64,000 nt of DNA, taken from assembly GCA_910576875.1 (NCBI GenBank), contig CAJTKI010000001.1, positions 350 through 64,349 on the forward strand, read 5' to 3'. The DNA is from an uncultured Christensenella sp. GTDB lineage: Bacteria; Bacillota; Clostridia; Christensenellales; UBA3700. A program made the position numbers and the translations under genes. The notes under the pieces are model-generated. The model made no database searches. It saw nothing but the letters and a program-made list of their open reading frames with translations, and was not told the DNA's origin. Below are positions 38,189 through 47,348 of the stretch, piece by piece. The stretch's first letter is position 1, and the number at the start of each line of letters is the position of its first letter.

Positions 38189-39508
38189 TCAGTCTTTGTC
38201 GTTCAGGCACGCGATGCCGGGGAGCACCTTGCCTTCAAACAGCTCCAAGCTCGCGCCGCCGCCCGTCGAAATGTGCGACATCTTGTCCGCAAATCCGAGT
38301 TGCGCGACCGCCGCCGCGCTGTCGCCGCCGCCGATGATCGTCGTCGCGCCCTGCGCGTCCGCCATTGCGCGCGCCACCGCGACCGTACCCGCGGCAAGCG
38401 TCGGATTCTCGAACACGCCCATCGGACCGTTCCAGATCACGGTCTTGGCGCTTGCGATCGCATCCGCAAACATCTTCTGCGTCTTGGGACCGATGTCCAG
38501 ACCCATTTTGTCTGCCGGAATCTTGTCCGAATCGCAGTATTCCACCGCGATCGGCGCATCGATCGGATTGGGGAATTCGGACGCGATCGCCGTATCGACC
38601 GGCAGATAAATCGTCTTGCCCAATTCCTTCGCCTTGGCGAGCATCTGCTTGCAGTATTCCAACTTTTCGTCGTCTACCAGCGAGTTGCCGACCTGACCGC
38701 CCTGCGCCTTGACGAACGTATACGCCATGCCGCCGCCGATGACGAGCGTATCGCATTTGTTGAGCAGATTGTCGATGACTTTGAGTTTATCGGCAACTTT
38801 CGCGCCGCCGAGAATCGCAACGAACGGATGCACCGGATGCTCCAACGAATCCGCCATGACCGTCAATTCCTTTTCAATCAAGAATCCGCATACAGCGTCT
38901 TGAACCAAACCGTATTCGACGATGCCCGCCGTCGAAGCGTGCGAGCGGTGCGCCGTCCCGAACGCGTCGTTGACGTAAATGTCGCAGTAAGACGCGAGCG
39001 CCTTGCAGAATTCCAAATCTCTGCCTTCTTCTTCGGCATGGAAACGCAGGTTTTCCAACAGCACGCATTCGCCCGCCTTGCAAGCGGCGACTTTTGCCTT
39101 GGCGTCGTCGCCGATCACGTCTTTGGCAAACGTCACCTTGCCGCCCAGCAATTCTCCCAACCGCGCCGCAACCGGAGCCAGCGTGAGTTTGACGGGATCG
39201 TTTTTGACCGCTTTGGCGATGTACTCCGCCTTCGCTGCTTCGCGTTCCGCTTCCGGCAACGCGTCGACCGCCTTCTTTTCCTTTTTCGTCAAACCGACTT
39301 TTGCGCTCAAAATGCTATGCGGTTTGCCCATATGCGAGCACAGAATGACTTTTGCGCCGTGCTCCGTCAGATATTGGATCGTCGGCAGCGCGCCGCGGAT
39401 CCGATTTTCGTCGGTGATTTTGCCGTCTTTCATCGGTACGTTGAAATCGACGCGCACCAAACAACGCTTGCCGCGTACGTCGATATCCCGGATAGACTTT
39501 TTGTTCAT
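38189..39508 (-). CDS. pgk: Phosphoglycerate kinase (with an internal charged insertion of roughly 35-43 aa)
   Basis: Starts [26 protein letters not shown] and contains [24 protein letters not shown] and STGGGASLE. At 439 aa it is longer than the roughly 395 aa typical. Confidence 0.95.
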   Translation of the reverse strand: MNKKSIRDIDVRGKRCLVRVDFNVPMKDGKITDENRIRGALPTIQYLTEHGAKVILCSHMGKPHSILSAKVGLTKKEKKAVDALPEAEREAAKAEYIAKAVKNDPVKLTLAPVAARLGELLGGKVTFAKDVIGDDAKAKVAACKAGECVLLENLRFHAEEEGRDLEFCKALASYCDIYVNDAFGTAHRSHASTAGIVEYGLVQDAVCGFLIEKELTVMADSLEHPVHPFVAILGGAKVADKLKVIDNLLNKCDTLVIGGGMAYTFVKAQGGQVGNSLVDDEKLEYCKQMLAKAKELGKTIYLPVDTAIASEFPNPIDAPIAVEYCDSDKIPADKMGLDIGPKTQKMFADAIASAKTVIWNGPMGVFENPTLAAGTVAVARAMADAQGATTIIGGGDSAAAVAQLGFADKMSHISTGGGASLELFEGKVLPGIACLNDKD

Positions 39509-39544
39509 ACCAAATCTCCTTTATGGATAAATTTTTCACGAATG

Positions 39545-39573
39545 ATTATACCAAACGCCCGCGCGCTTGTAAA
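39545..39573 (-). promoter_or_regulatory. Sigma-A-like promoter TTTACA-17-TGgTATAAT for pgk-tpiA
   Basis: The minus strand reads ctcTTTACAagcgcgcgggcgtttggTATAATcat. Confidence 0.55.
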
Positions 39574-39599
39574 GAGTTTTGCGCAGGTTGTCGGTTGCT

Positions 39600-41249
39600 T
39601 TACGCGTTGCGCGGACGGATCCGATACACGGCGACTCCGTGTCCGTCGATCTGCGCCTGCAACGTATCCGTCAGCTCGACCGCCTGTCCCGTCCACAGCT
39701 CCGTCGCATCGTAGCGCGGCTGCGCCGCCAGTCCGATATACGCGTCCGATTGCAAAACGGACAGATCCAATTTTGCCTTTTTGCCCGATTTGGCGCGGTT
39801 GAAGAAACAGACGACCGCCGACCCGTCCGCCATCGGTTTTGCCAAGACGTCCACGCCTCCTCGGCGCTTGCGCAGCCGCTTGCAGGCTTTGCCAAGCGGA
39901 TCCTGATCCACTTCGATCAACGCCCGCGTCGTCACGATTTGCAATACTTCGTCGCTCATGCTGCGCAGATCGTTCCCCAAAATCAACGGCGCGCTCATCA
40001 TGCACCACAGCGTAAAATGCGCGCGGTTTTCGGTTGCGCTCAATTTGCCGTTGCCGACTTCGAGCATGTCCGGATCGTTCCAGTTGCCCGGACCCGCGCT
40101 CGCATAGTCGTCTACCGTCGTATCGTACAGATGGACGATCCACGGCCACCACGGACGGATATCGGGCGTCGTACGCCACATATTGCCCGCTTTGCGCGCC
40201 CATTGCGCGGGGCGGTTGGCGCCCCATTCGCAGATCGAATAGACGATCGGCTTGACCGCTTCGCCGCGCTCGCGCGCGACGCGCTCCGCGGCGAGTTTGA
40301 GCATCTGTCCCATCCGATAATACTGGATCATCGCGCTGTCCGCGCGCGACGCGACCGGATTGGACAGTTCGACGACGTTGACGCCTTTTTTCAGCCGCAC
40401 GATCTGTTGAAAACGCGCGGTATCGTTCCAGATCGTCTGCGGCGGAATCTCGTAAAAATACGGTTGTCCGTTGACGGTTGCCATCAAGAATTTGTCATAC
40501 TTGCCCTTCTTGCGGATGCCGATCGTCAGGACGTATTCTCCGTCCCGCTCGACGTACACGTTGTCGAAAGTCATTTTGCCCAGTCCGCGATCCAGTCCGC
40601 TGACGTGCCATCCGCACGGCATGCCGCGATCGGGCATGCGCTTCGCCAAACCTTCCAGATGCGCCCGCGTGCAGTCAATGCGTTGGGGATTTTCCGCGCC
40701 CGGATACGCGCATACCGTAATGCTTTCGACGAGCGGCGCATATCCGCTGAGCGGAATGTTGTGACAAAAATCGTATTTGAAGAACTCCGCGCCCCATTGC
40801 GCCATCGTATACGCGTCCTTCCACTCGTTGCCCAATCCGGCGGGCAGATCTTCGCAGGTCAGCGTGCCGTTGGACGAATACAAGCCGACTTGCAATCCCA
40901 AGTCGTTGATGCGACGGATCAGCGACGGAATTCCGGACGGAAAACGCTCCAAATCGCCTTGCAGATTGCCGTCTTCGTCGCGCAGACTGGAATGCCAGCA
41001 GTCGTCCAAATTCAGATAGCGGTATCCGGCTTGCGCCAGTCCCTTGTCCGCCATCGCCTGCGCCGTTTCGAGCATCAGCGTTTCGGAAATCTGATTCTTG
41101 AACGTATTCCAGCTCGACCAGCCCATCGGCGGCGTCAGCGCGACGCCGTTGGCATAGTTCTCTTCGACGACGAAACGACTGACCTTGCGGCGCGGCATCA
41201 GCAGTTGTTTGAGAAAGCAGATCGGACACATGCCGTTGCGTTTTTCCAT
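39600..41249 (-). CDS. Glycoside hydrolase family 27 alpha-galactosidase / alpha-N-acetylgalactosaminidase-like
   Basis: PPMGWSSWNTF, YRYLNLDDCW and EFFKYDFC motifs. AAGGAG SD. No signal peptide seen. Confidence 0.8.
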   Translation of the reverse strand: MEKRNGMCPICFLKQLLMPRRKVSRFVVEENYANGVALTPPMGWSSWNTFKNQISETLMLETAQAMADKGLAQAGYRYLNLDDCWHSSLRDEDGNLQGDLERFPSGIPSLIRRINDLGLQVGLYSSNGTLTCEDLPAGLGNEWKDAYTMAQWGAEFFKYDFCHNIPLSGYAPLVESITVCAYPGAENPQRIDCTRAHLEGLAKRMPDRGMPCGWHVSGLDRGLGKMTFDNVYVERDGEYVLTIGIRKKGKYDKFLMATVNGQPYFYEIPPQTIWNDTARFQQIVRLKKGVNVVELSNPVASRADSAMIQYYRMGQMLKLAAERVARERGEAVKPIVYSICEWGANRPAQWARKAGNMWRTTPDIRPWWPWIVHLYDTTVDDYASAGPGNWNDPDMLEVGNGKLSATENRAHFTLWCMMSAPLILGNDLRSMSDEVLQIVTTRALIEVDQDPLGKACKRLRKRRGGVDVLAKPMADGSAVVCFFNRAKSGKKAKLDLSVLQSDAYIGLAAQPRYDATELWTGQAVELTDTLQAQIDGHGVAVYRIRPRNA

Positions 41250-41262
41250 AATTTTCGACTCC

Positions 41263-42504
41263 TTATTCGATCGTTTGTTGCCAGGGGTTGGGTTCGCTGC
41301 CCGCGATGACTCGATACAGCCTCGCCAGATCTTTGCGCGTCATCAGACGCGGCACGGGATACAGCGGATTCGCTTCGCGCGCGGCGCGGCGCGCCATCTC
41401 CGGGATTTCGGACGGATCGATGCAAGACGCGTGTTCGGGCAGTTGCATGCGTCTGCACAGCGCGCGGACGGCTTGGATCATCTTGCGCGCGGCGACCTTG
41501 CGTTTGTCGGTCACTTCGCACACGCCCGCGTATTTCGCCAACTCCGCCAGCGACCGATACGCTTTGGACAACGACCAATCCAGCACGTACGGCAACGCGA
41601 TCGCATTCGCCAATCCGTGCGGCATATGGTAGTATCCGCCCAACGTATGCGCCACCGCGTGCGCATAGCCGACATAAGCGCGCGTAAACGCAACGCCCGC
41701 GCAGTACGACGCTTCCTGCATTGCGGCGCGCGCCTGCAAATCGTCCGGATGTTCGTACGCGATCGGCAGATAACGGAAGATCAACTTGACCGCCCGCACC
41801 GCCATATTGCGCGTATGGCGCGTATTGGAACGACCGATATACGCTTCGATCGCATGCGTCAGCGCGTCGATTCCCGTCTGCGCCGTCACGTCGGGCGGCA
41901 GCGTCTGCGTCAAAGACGCGTCCCATACGACATAATCCGGAATCAATACGGGATCGCTGATCGGATATTTTTCATTCGAGATCGGATTGGATACGACCGT
42001 AGCGAGCGTGGCTTCGCTGCCCGATCCGGACGTCGTCGGAATCGCGTAGATCGGTACGTTGCGCCGACGCACTTTGAGCACGCCGCGCATACGCGCCAAC
42101 GACTTGCGCGGACGCGCCAGACGCGCCGCGACCGCTTTGGCGCAATCGATCGGGGATCCGCCGCCGAGCGCGACGATCGCGTCGCAATTGCGCGCGCAAA
42201 ACAGTTGTCTCGCCTGTTCCACCGTCTCTACCGACGGGTCGGGCGTCACGTCCCCGTATTCGACGACTTCGATTCCGAGCCGCTCGCACGCGGCGATCAA
42301 CGGCTGCGCCAAACCGAGTTTGCCGACCGTCTTGCCGTGCGCCAACAACGGACGTCGAACGCCGTGTTGCGCCAATACCTGCGCCAATTCTTCCAGACCG
42401 TTTTCGATGCGGATCGGCTGCGGCGTGCGCCACGCCAGCAACGGAGACCCGCAATACAAAATTTTTTGATAAATCCGACACGCAAGCGCGGAAATAAAAT
42501 TCAT
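41263..42504 (-). CDS. Iron-containing (group III) alcohol dehydrogenase
   Basis: Start reset to ATG 42504 (GGGAG SD). Contains ALGGGSPIDCAKAV, IPTTSGSGSE and a His-rich metal site (AHAVAHTLGGYYHMPHG). The track ORF (625 aa) extends upstream across the divergent promoter region. Confidence 0.85.
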   Translation of the reverse strand: MNFISALACRIYQKILYCGSPLLAWRTPQPIRIENGLEELAQVLAQHGVRRPLLAHGKTVGKLGLAQPLIAACERLGIEVVEYGDVTPDPSVETVEQARQLFCARNCDAIVALGGGSPIDCAKAVAARLARPRKSLARMRGVLKVRRRNVPIYAIPTTSGSGSEATLATVVSNPISNEKYPISDPVLIPDYVVWDASLTQTLPPDVTAQTGIDALTHAIEAYIGRSNTRHTRNMAVRAVKLIFRYLPIAYEHPDDLQARAAMQEASYCAGVAFTRAYVGYAHAVAHTLGGYYHMPHGLANAIALPYVLDWSLSKAYRSLAELAKYAGVCEVTDKRKVAARKMIQAVRALCRRMQLPEHASCIDPSEIPEMARRAAREANPLYPVPRLMTRKDLARLYRVIAGSEPNPWQQTIE

Positions 42505-42664
42505 AAAACTCCCTGAGCCGACACGTCTGCTTGTCCGACGCGCGCGTGCCGACCGGTCGCGCGTCCGTATGCATTCATTATATCGGATCGCTTGTACGGT
42601 GTCAATGTCTAAATTGGGCGAACGTCCTCGCAATCGCGCGCGACAGATGCGCTTTGCGATTGTT

Positions 42665-42693
42665 TTGACACGACGGCGGCAAGTTGTTATAAT
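42665..42693 (+). promoter_or_regulatory. Consensus sigma-A promoter TTGACA-17-TGtTATAAT
   Basis: Read directly: tttTTGACAcgacggcggcaagttgtTATAATatc. Confidence 0.6.
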
Positions 42694-42747
42694 ATCGTTA
42701 TCCGAAATCGTCGCGCCGCGCCTTTGCGCCTGCGCGGAGGAGAACCT

Positions 42748-43161
42748 ATGACCAAAGAAGAACTGTTGCAATTCGTCGCCGCGCAAAAGACCGCGATCAT
42801 CGCATCCGTCGACGCGGACGGCTATCCGGTCATGCGCGCGATGCTCGCGCCGCGCAAAATCGACGGCAACGAAATTTATTTTTCGACCAATACGTCTTCC
42901 GACAAAGTTCGTCAATATCTCGCCGACGAAAAGGCTTGCGTATACTGTTACAAACGCGGACGTTTCCGTTACCAAGGCGCGACGATCTTGGGCGATATGC
43001 AGGTATGCACCGATCAGCCCACCAAGGATGCGATCTGGCGCTTCGGCGACACGATGTTTTACAAACAAGGCGTGACCGATCCCGATTACTGCGTACTGCG
43101 ATTTACTTGCAAACGCGCAAAATACTATTGCGATTTGCATATCGAAACGATAGAATTTTAA
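42748..43161 (+). CDS. Pyridoxamine 5'-phosphate oxidase-like FMN-binding protein (general stress protein 26-like)
   Basis: Start reset to ATG 42748 (GGAGGAG SD). The N-terminus reads MTKEELLQFVAAQKTAIIASVDADGYPVMRAM. Confidence 0.65.
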   Translation: MTKEELLQFVAAQKTAIIASVDADGYPVMRAMLAPRKIDGNEIYFSTNTSSDKVRQYLADEKACVYCYKRGRFRYQGATILGDMQVCTDQPTKDAIWRFGDTMFYKQGVTDPDYCVLRFTCKRAKYYCDLHIETIEF

Positions 43162-43187
43162 CGCATTTTATCGCCGAAAAACCATCG

Positions 43188-43216
43188 AAAAACGCCCGTT
43201 TTCGGGCGTTTTTTTA
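43188..43216. terminator. Bidirectional rho-independent terminator
   Basis: AAAA-ACGCCCG-tttt-CGGGCGT-TTTTTT lies between convergent genes. Confidence 0.85.
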
Positions 43217-43217
43217 A

Positions 43218-44138
43218 TCAAATTTCCTGCTCCCACAGATCTGGCGGCAACACGCCGCCCAGCCAGTCCGTCGCAAACGTCGGAATATGCGTGCGCTGCA
43301 TCCGCGCTTTGGTCACGGGATGGATCAGCGCGACCCGCGCGCTGTGCAACGCCTGTCGATCCAATACCGCGCCGCTCGGCAATTTCGGCGGCGCAGGATC
43401 GGGATTGTAATCCGCGTCGCAGCATAGGGGATGTCCGACGTGCGCCATATGCAATCGGATCTGATGCGTCCGACCGCTGCCCAGCCGCAACCGTACCAAG
43501 CTGACGCCGTCCCGATACGCGACGCGTCGATAATACGTCGTCGCGGGCGCGCCGTCCGCGCGTACCGCGCGCAGATACGGATCGTCCGGATGCGCGCCGA
43601 TCGGCGCTTCGACGATCCCCCGCTCGTCCGTCTTGCCGCGGCACAACGCCAAATATTCGCGTTGCAGTCCGCTTGCGCACAACGCTCCGTGCGCAAAACG
43701 GTTGCGCGCGATCACGATCAACCCGGACGTATCGCGATCCAGCCGATGCACGGGACGGTATACGAAATCGCCCCACACCGCCGCCAACGCATTGGGCAAC
43801 GCGCGTCCGTAATGTCCGTGCACGGCGATGCTTGCCAGATGCGGCGGTTTGACAACGATCGCAAGATCTTCGTCCTGATACGCGATGTCGAGCGCGAGAT
43901 CGTACACCGGCATCGGTTGCGGACAATCGGGCGGCAACGCGATGCGGATCGTCTGCCCGCGCTCCAAGCGTTGGGTCAGACGGATCGCAATCGGACCGCC
44001 CTCGCTTTCGAGCGAAACAAGCCCGAGCCGTTTGCGCAACGCGGTGCACAACGACGACGATACGCCGAACGCGCGCAACGCTTGTTCCGCCGTCCCCGCC
44101 CGTTCGACGGGAATGCGGATTATTCTTGCGGATTCCAT
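43218..44138 (-). CDS. RluA-family pseudouridine synthase
   Basis: Start reset to ATG 44138 (MESARIIRIPV). Contains the HRLDRDTSGLIVIARN catalytic motif and the SGRTHQIR block. Overlaps the ogt 3' end by 19 nt. Confidence 0.85.
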   Translation of the reverse strand: MESARIIRIPVERAGTAEQALRAFGVSSSLCTALRKRLGLVSLESEGGPIAIRLTQRLERGQTIRIALPPDCPQPMPVYDLALDIAYQDEDLAIVVKPPHLASIAVHGHYGRALPNALAAVWGDFVYRPVHRLDRDTSGLIVIARNRFAHGALCASGLQREYLALCRGKTDERGIVEAPIGAHPDDPYLRAVRADGAPATTYYRRVAYRDGVSLVRLRLGSGRTHQIRLHMAHVGHPLCCDADYNPDPAPPKLPSGAVLDRQALHSARVALIHPVTKARMQRTHIPTFATDWLGGVLPPDLWEQEI

Positions 44139-44461
44139 AGATACCTGCGCAGATCGACGGTAAGATCGGGACGTACTTCGACGCCTTCGCGTTGCAACAA
44201 CATCGCATGCGCTTCCGCGCCGCCGAACGCAAACGCGCGCGACAGTCCGCCGAATCGATTGACGACCCGATGACACGGGATGACGCCCGGTTCGGGATTG
44301 ACGTGCAACGCATAGCCGACCGCCCGCGACGCGCGCGGATTGCCGATCATCGCGGCGATCTGTCCGTACGTCGCAACTTTGCCGTACGGAATACGCCGTA
44401 CGATCTCGTATACCAGTCCGAAAAAAGACGCCTGTTGCGCGCCGTCTGTCCGTGTGTTCAT
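44120..44461 (-). CDS. ogt: Methylated-DNA--protein-cysteine methyltransferase (single-domain MGMT/Ogt)
   Basis: IPYGKVATYGQIA and the active-site PCHRVV motif. Start set to ATG 44461, which lies 6 nt downstream of a TATACT -10 element (leaderless geometry). The track start is GTG 44479. Confidence 0.85.
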   Translation of the reverse strand: MNTRTDGAQQASFFGLVYEIVRRIPYGKVATYGQIAAMIGNPRASRAVGYALHVNPEPGVIPCHRVVNRFGGLSRAFAFGGAEAHAMLLQREGVEVRPDLTVDLRRYLWNPQE

Positions 44462-44467
44462 GGATTC

Positions 44468-44496
44468 AGTATAGCGCACGCGCGGCGAAAAGTCAA
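44468..44496 (-). promoter_or_regulatory. Sigma-A-like promoter TTGACT-17-TATACT, 6 nt upstream of the ogt ATG
   Basis: The minus strand reads tTTGACTtttcgccgcgcgtgcgcTATACTgaatccATG. Confidence 0.5.
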
Positions 44497-44674
44497 AACG
44501 CCGGCGCGCGGGTTCGTGTCAAAATTTTCGTACCGATTGCAACCGTAGCGATTTCGCGCCCGCGACGCATGTACGATATCGGATCGGATATTGCCCGATC
44601 CCACGATCCCGATCGATTGTTTTGCACGCGCGTATTGCAAATGAGCAAAAAGATGGCAAACCGCAAAAGCGGCG

Positions 44675-45370
44675 CTATTCGACTCTCTGCGTCGTAACGG
44701 TCGATCCGAGCATCGCGCATACGACGTCGGCGATGCGCGCGGCGATATCGTCGCGATACGCGCGCGTCAGCAACAACGCTTCGTCCTGCGCGTTGGAGAT
44801 GAATCCGCACTCGACGATGACGGACGGGCGCGCGACGCATTTGGTGATGTACAAATCCGCAGACTGCGCGTGATAATCGGCGCGTTTGGAATACGCCGCG
44901 TTGATATACGTATTGAGCGCGGACTGCATGACGGTCGCAAACAACTCTCCCACGCCGGTATCGTCGTAAAAGACTTGCGCGCCTCGCCGATCGGGATCGG
45001 AAAACTGATTGACGTGAATGCTGACCACGAGATCGGGATCGGCTTGTTCGATGATGCGTTTGCGCGCCTGCATATCCAGACGCTTGACGTCGTGCAGCGC
45101 GTCCGCGTTTTTGCGCGTGTAGACGACGCGCACGCCTCGCATCTGCAACTTGGCGCCCAAGATCTTGACGATCGCCAGATTGATCTCGCTTTCGCTGACG
45201 CCTTGCGCGCCGACGACGCCGCCGTCGATCCCGCCGTGTCCGGCGTCGAGCACGACCGTTCCGACGACCGGAAGATGCGCGGCGACCGCGACGATTCCGC
45301 CCGCCGTCAATGCAAGGATCACCGCCGTCAAAACGATCGCGACGATGCACTTTTTGGAGACAAACACCAT
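44675..45370 (-). CDS. cwlD: N-acetylmuramoyl-L-alanine amidase, CwlD (germination-specific) type
   Basis: 231 aa with an N-terminal TM helix. Contains VLDAGHGGIDGGVVG, SIHVNQF and the ECGFISN block. Confidence 0.8.
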   Translation of the reverse strand: MVFVSKKCIVAIVLTAVILALTAGGIVAVAAHLPVVGTVVLDAGHGGIDGGVVGAQGVSESEINLAIVKILGAKLQMRGVRVVYTRKNADALHDVKRLDMQARKRIIEQADPDLVVSIHVNQFSDPDRRGAQVFYDDTGVGELFATVMQSALNTYINAAYSKRADYHAQSADLYITKCVARPSVIVECGFISNAQDEALLLTRAYRDDIAARIADVVCAMLGSTVTTQRVE

Positions 45371-45440
45371 AGATTCCGCTCTCCCCCGATTTTACGCCCC
45401 AAAAGCGTTTTTGCGCGCAAATTTCCGCATTTTCGCACGG

Positions 45441-45489
45441 TTATCCACGGAGTTATCCACAAAAACACTTGTTCATGTGGATAACTCCG
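45441..45489. promoter_or_regulatory. DnaA-box cluster within a 14-bp inverted repeat
   Basis: TTATCCACg at 45441-45449 (8/9 match), TTATCCACA at 45453-45461 (perfect) and TGTGGATAA at 45476-45484 (perfect, opposite strand). The inverted-repeat arms are CGGAGTTATCCACA (45448-45461) and TGTGGATAACTCCG (45476-45489). Confidence 0.6.
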
Positions 45490-45559
45490 CTCCGATCGGC
45501 GCGATTTCATTATCATGTGTATGTGTCAGTCTTTGTCGTTATTTGTCTGACATTGCGAC

Positions 45560-45588
45560 TTGACCGTTGCAAAATTTTCTGCTATACT
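45560..45588 (+). promoter_or_regulatory. Sigma-A-like promoter TTGACC-17-TGcTATACT for the GH20 gene
   Basis: Read directly: cTTGACCgttgcaaaattttctgcTATACTgaa. It argues against the track start at 45560, which would lie in the -35 element. Confidence 0.5.
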
Positions 45589-45622
45589 GAATATGCAAAT
45601 TTACATTGAAAAGAAGTCGAAA

Positions 45623-47182
45623 ATGATCCAATTGATACCGTATCCGTTCCGCGTCGCGGAACAAAAAGGACAACTCAAAATCCAACTCTCGACGATGCCG
45701 ACCGTACAGGACTGGTTGGCGGAGCGTACGTTCGCGTGGCTGCGCGTCGTGCGCGATCCGTTGCTCAAAATCGGCGTCGGCGCGCAGGACGAGACGTATC
45801 GACTGGAAATCACGCCCGGCGGCGTCGTACTGACCGCGTCCGCGGATGCGGGAGCCTTTTACGGATATCTTACGTTGTTGCAACTGTTGCACAATTACAA
45901 AAACCTGCTGCCCTGCATGACGATCGAAGATCGACCGCGCTACGCGTATCGCGGACTGATGCTGGATTGCGGCAGATATTATTTTTCTCCCGACGACGTC
46001 AAAAAGATCGTGGACATGTGCGTATTGCACAAAATCAATACGTTGCACTGGCATCTGACCGAAGATCAAGGCTGGCGCATCGAGATCAAACGGTATCCGT
46101 TGCTCGCGACCAAAGGCAGCGAGCGTTCGCACACGAATTTCGGATTCCGTCGCCATTCGGGCTTTTATTCCCAACGCGAAATACGGGAGATCGTCGAATA
46201 CTGCAAACAACGCCACATTACCGTGATTCCGGAAATCGATATGCCCGGGCATATCCAATCGGCGCTGGCATGCTATCCGTATCTGGGATGCTTCGATCGC
46301 AATCTGCCCGTCGCGACGCATTGGGGCGTCAAACACGACGTGCTGTGCGCGGGCAAAGAGACGACGTACCGTTTCCTCTACGACGTATTGGACGAAGTAT
46401 GCGAACTGTTCGACGCGCCGTATATCCATCTGGGCGGCGACGAATGTCCCAAAATGCGCTGGGAGCTGTGTCCGCACTGTCAGGAAAAAATGCGCGAACT
46501 GGGACTGGAAACGGAAGACGAACTGCAAAGTTATTTCACCAACCGCATCGCCCAATATCTCGCGACGAAGAACCGCACCGCGATCGTCTGGAACGAAACC
46601 ATCCCCACCGGTCGTTGCGATCCGTCCGTCGCGTGGCAGCTGTGGCATGTGGGCGATCGCGCCGAAGCCATCGCCGAAGACGTCAACCGTACGGAACGCA
46701 AGCTGATCTTCTCGCTGTCCGACCGCACGTATCTGGATTTTCCGTACAAGCAATTGCCGGTTAAGATGTGTTACGAAAGCGATCCGGTACGCGACACCGG
46801 CGTTCGTCCGGAACTGATCGTCGGCATGGAAGCGTCCGTATGGACGGAATACATCCCCGATCTGCAAACGGTCATGTTCAAAGCGTTGCCGCGCCTGGGC
46901 GCGTTGTGCGAAGTCATGTGGTCGCCGTCCGCCGGCAACGTGTACGAAAACTTTTTGGGACGACTCAACGCCTACTACCGATATCTCGGCGCGAACGGGC
47001 TGCGTCCCGCGCCGCTCAAACGCGCATTCCCCAAGCGCTTTACCGCATGGCGCGAAAAAGCATGGTTCGACCGCCGTCCGCTGCACTGGCACGGACTGCA
47101 CAATTTGATCGACGACATGCGCGTGCGCAAACTGGCAAAACGCCTTGCGCGCGAAAACCCGATCAAACAACTCGACAAATAA
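45623..47182 (+). CDS. Glycoside hydrolase family 20 beta-N-acetylhexosaminidase
   Basis: RYAYRGLMLDCGRYY, NTLHWHLTEDQGWRIE and HLGGDECP (catalytic D-E). Start set to ATG 45623, downstream of the promoter. Confidence 0.9.
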   Translation: MIQLIPYPFRVAEQKGQLKIQLSTMPTVQDWLAERTFAWLRVVRDPLLKIGVGAQDETYRLEITPGGVVLTASADAGAFYGYLTLLQLLHNYKNLLPCMTIEDRPRYAYRGLMLDCGRYYFSPDDVKKIVDMCVLHKINTLHWHLTEDQGWRIEIKRYPLLATKGSERSHTNFGFRRHSGFYSQREIREIVEYCKQRHITVIPEIDMPGHIQSALACYPYLGCFDRNLPVATHWGVKHDVLCAGKETTYRFLYDVLDEVCELFDAPYIHLGGDECPKMRWELCPHCQEKMRELGLETEDELQSYFTNRIAQYLATKNRTAIVWNETIPTGRCDPSVAWQLWHVGDRAEAIAEDVNRTERKLIFSLSDRTYLDFPYKQLPVKMCYESDPVRDTGVRPELIVGMEASVWTEYIPDLQTVMFKALPRLGALCEVMWSPSAGNVYENFLGRLNAYYRYLGANGLRPAPLKRAFPKRFTAWREKAWFDRRPLHWHGLHNLIDDMRVRKLAKRLARENPIKQLDK

Positions 47183-47348
47183 CGACATTTTGCGTCGCAA
47201 TATCGGACGAATTTGCCTATACTGTACGATATCGGACGCAAATAACAAAATTACTTGCGTAGATTTAATCAGAAATATAGATTGAATGCGCTATAATAAA
47301 GGTATCGAACGCGCGCTCGGACGAGCACGCACGTAAGGATACTCCGTT

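Noticed and set aside
42505-43140. Upstream extension of the Fe-ADH ORF (625-aa track ORF)
   Set aside because: It runs through the divergent promoter region and antisense to the PNPOx-like gene. GGGAG SD plus MNFISALA at 42504 gives a normal 413-aa group III ADH.
47190-47245. ATATCGGACG direct repeat and TTTGCGTC/GACGCAAA inverted repeat downstream of the GH20 gene
   Set aside because: The arms are short, the loop is long (about 38 nt) and there is no U-run. I could not support a terminator or operator call.
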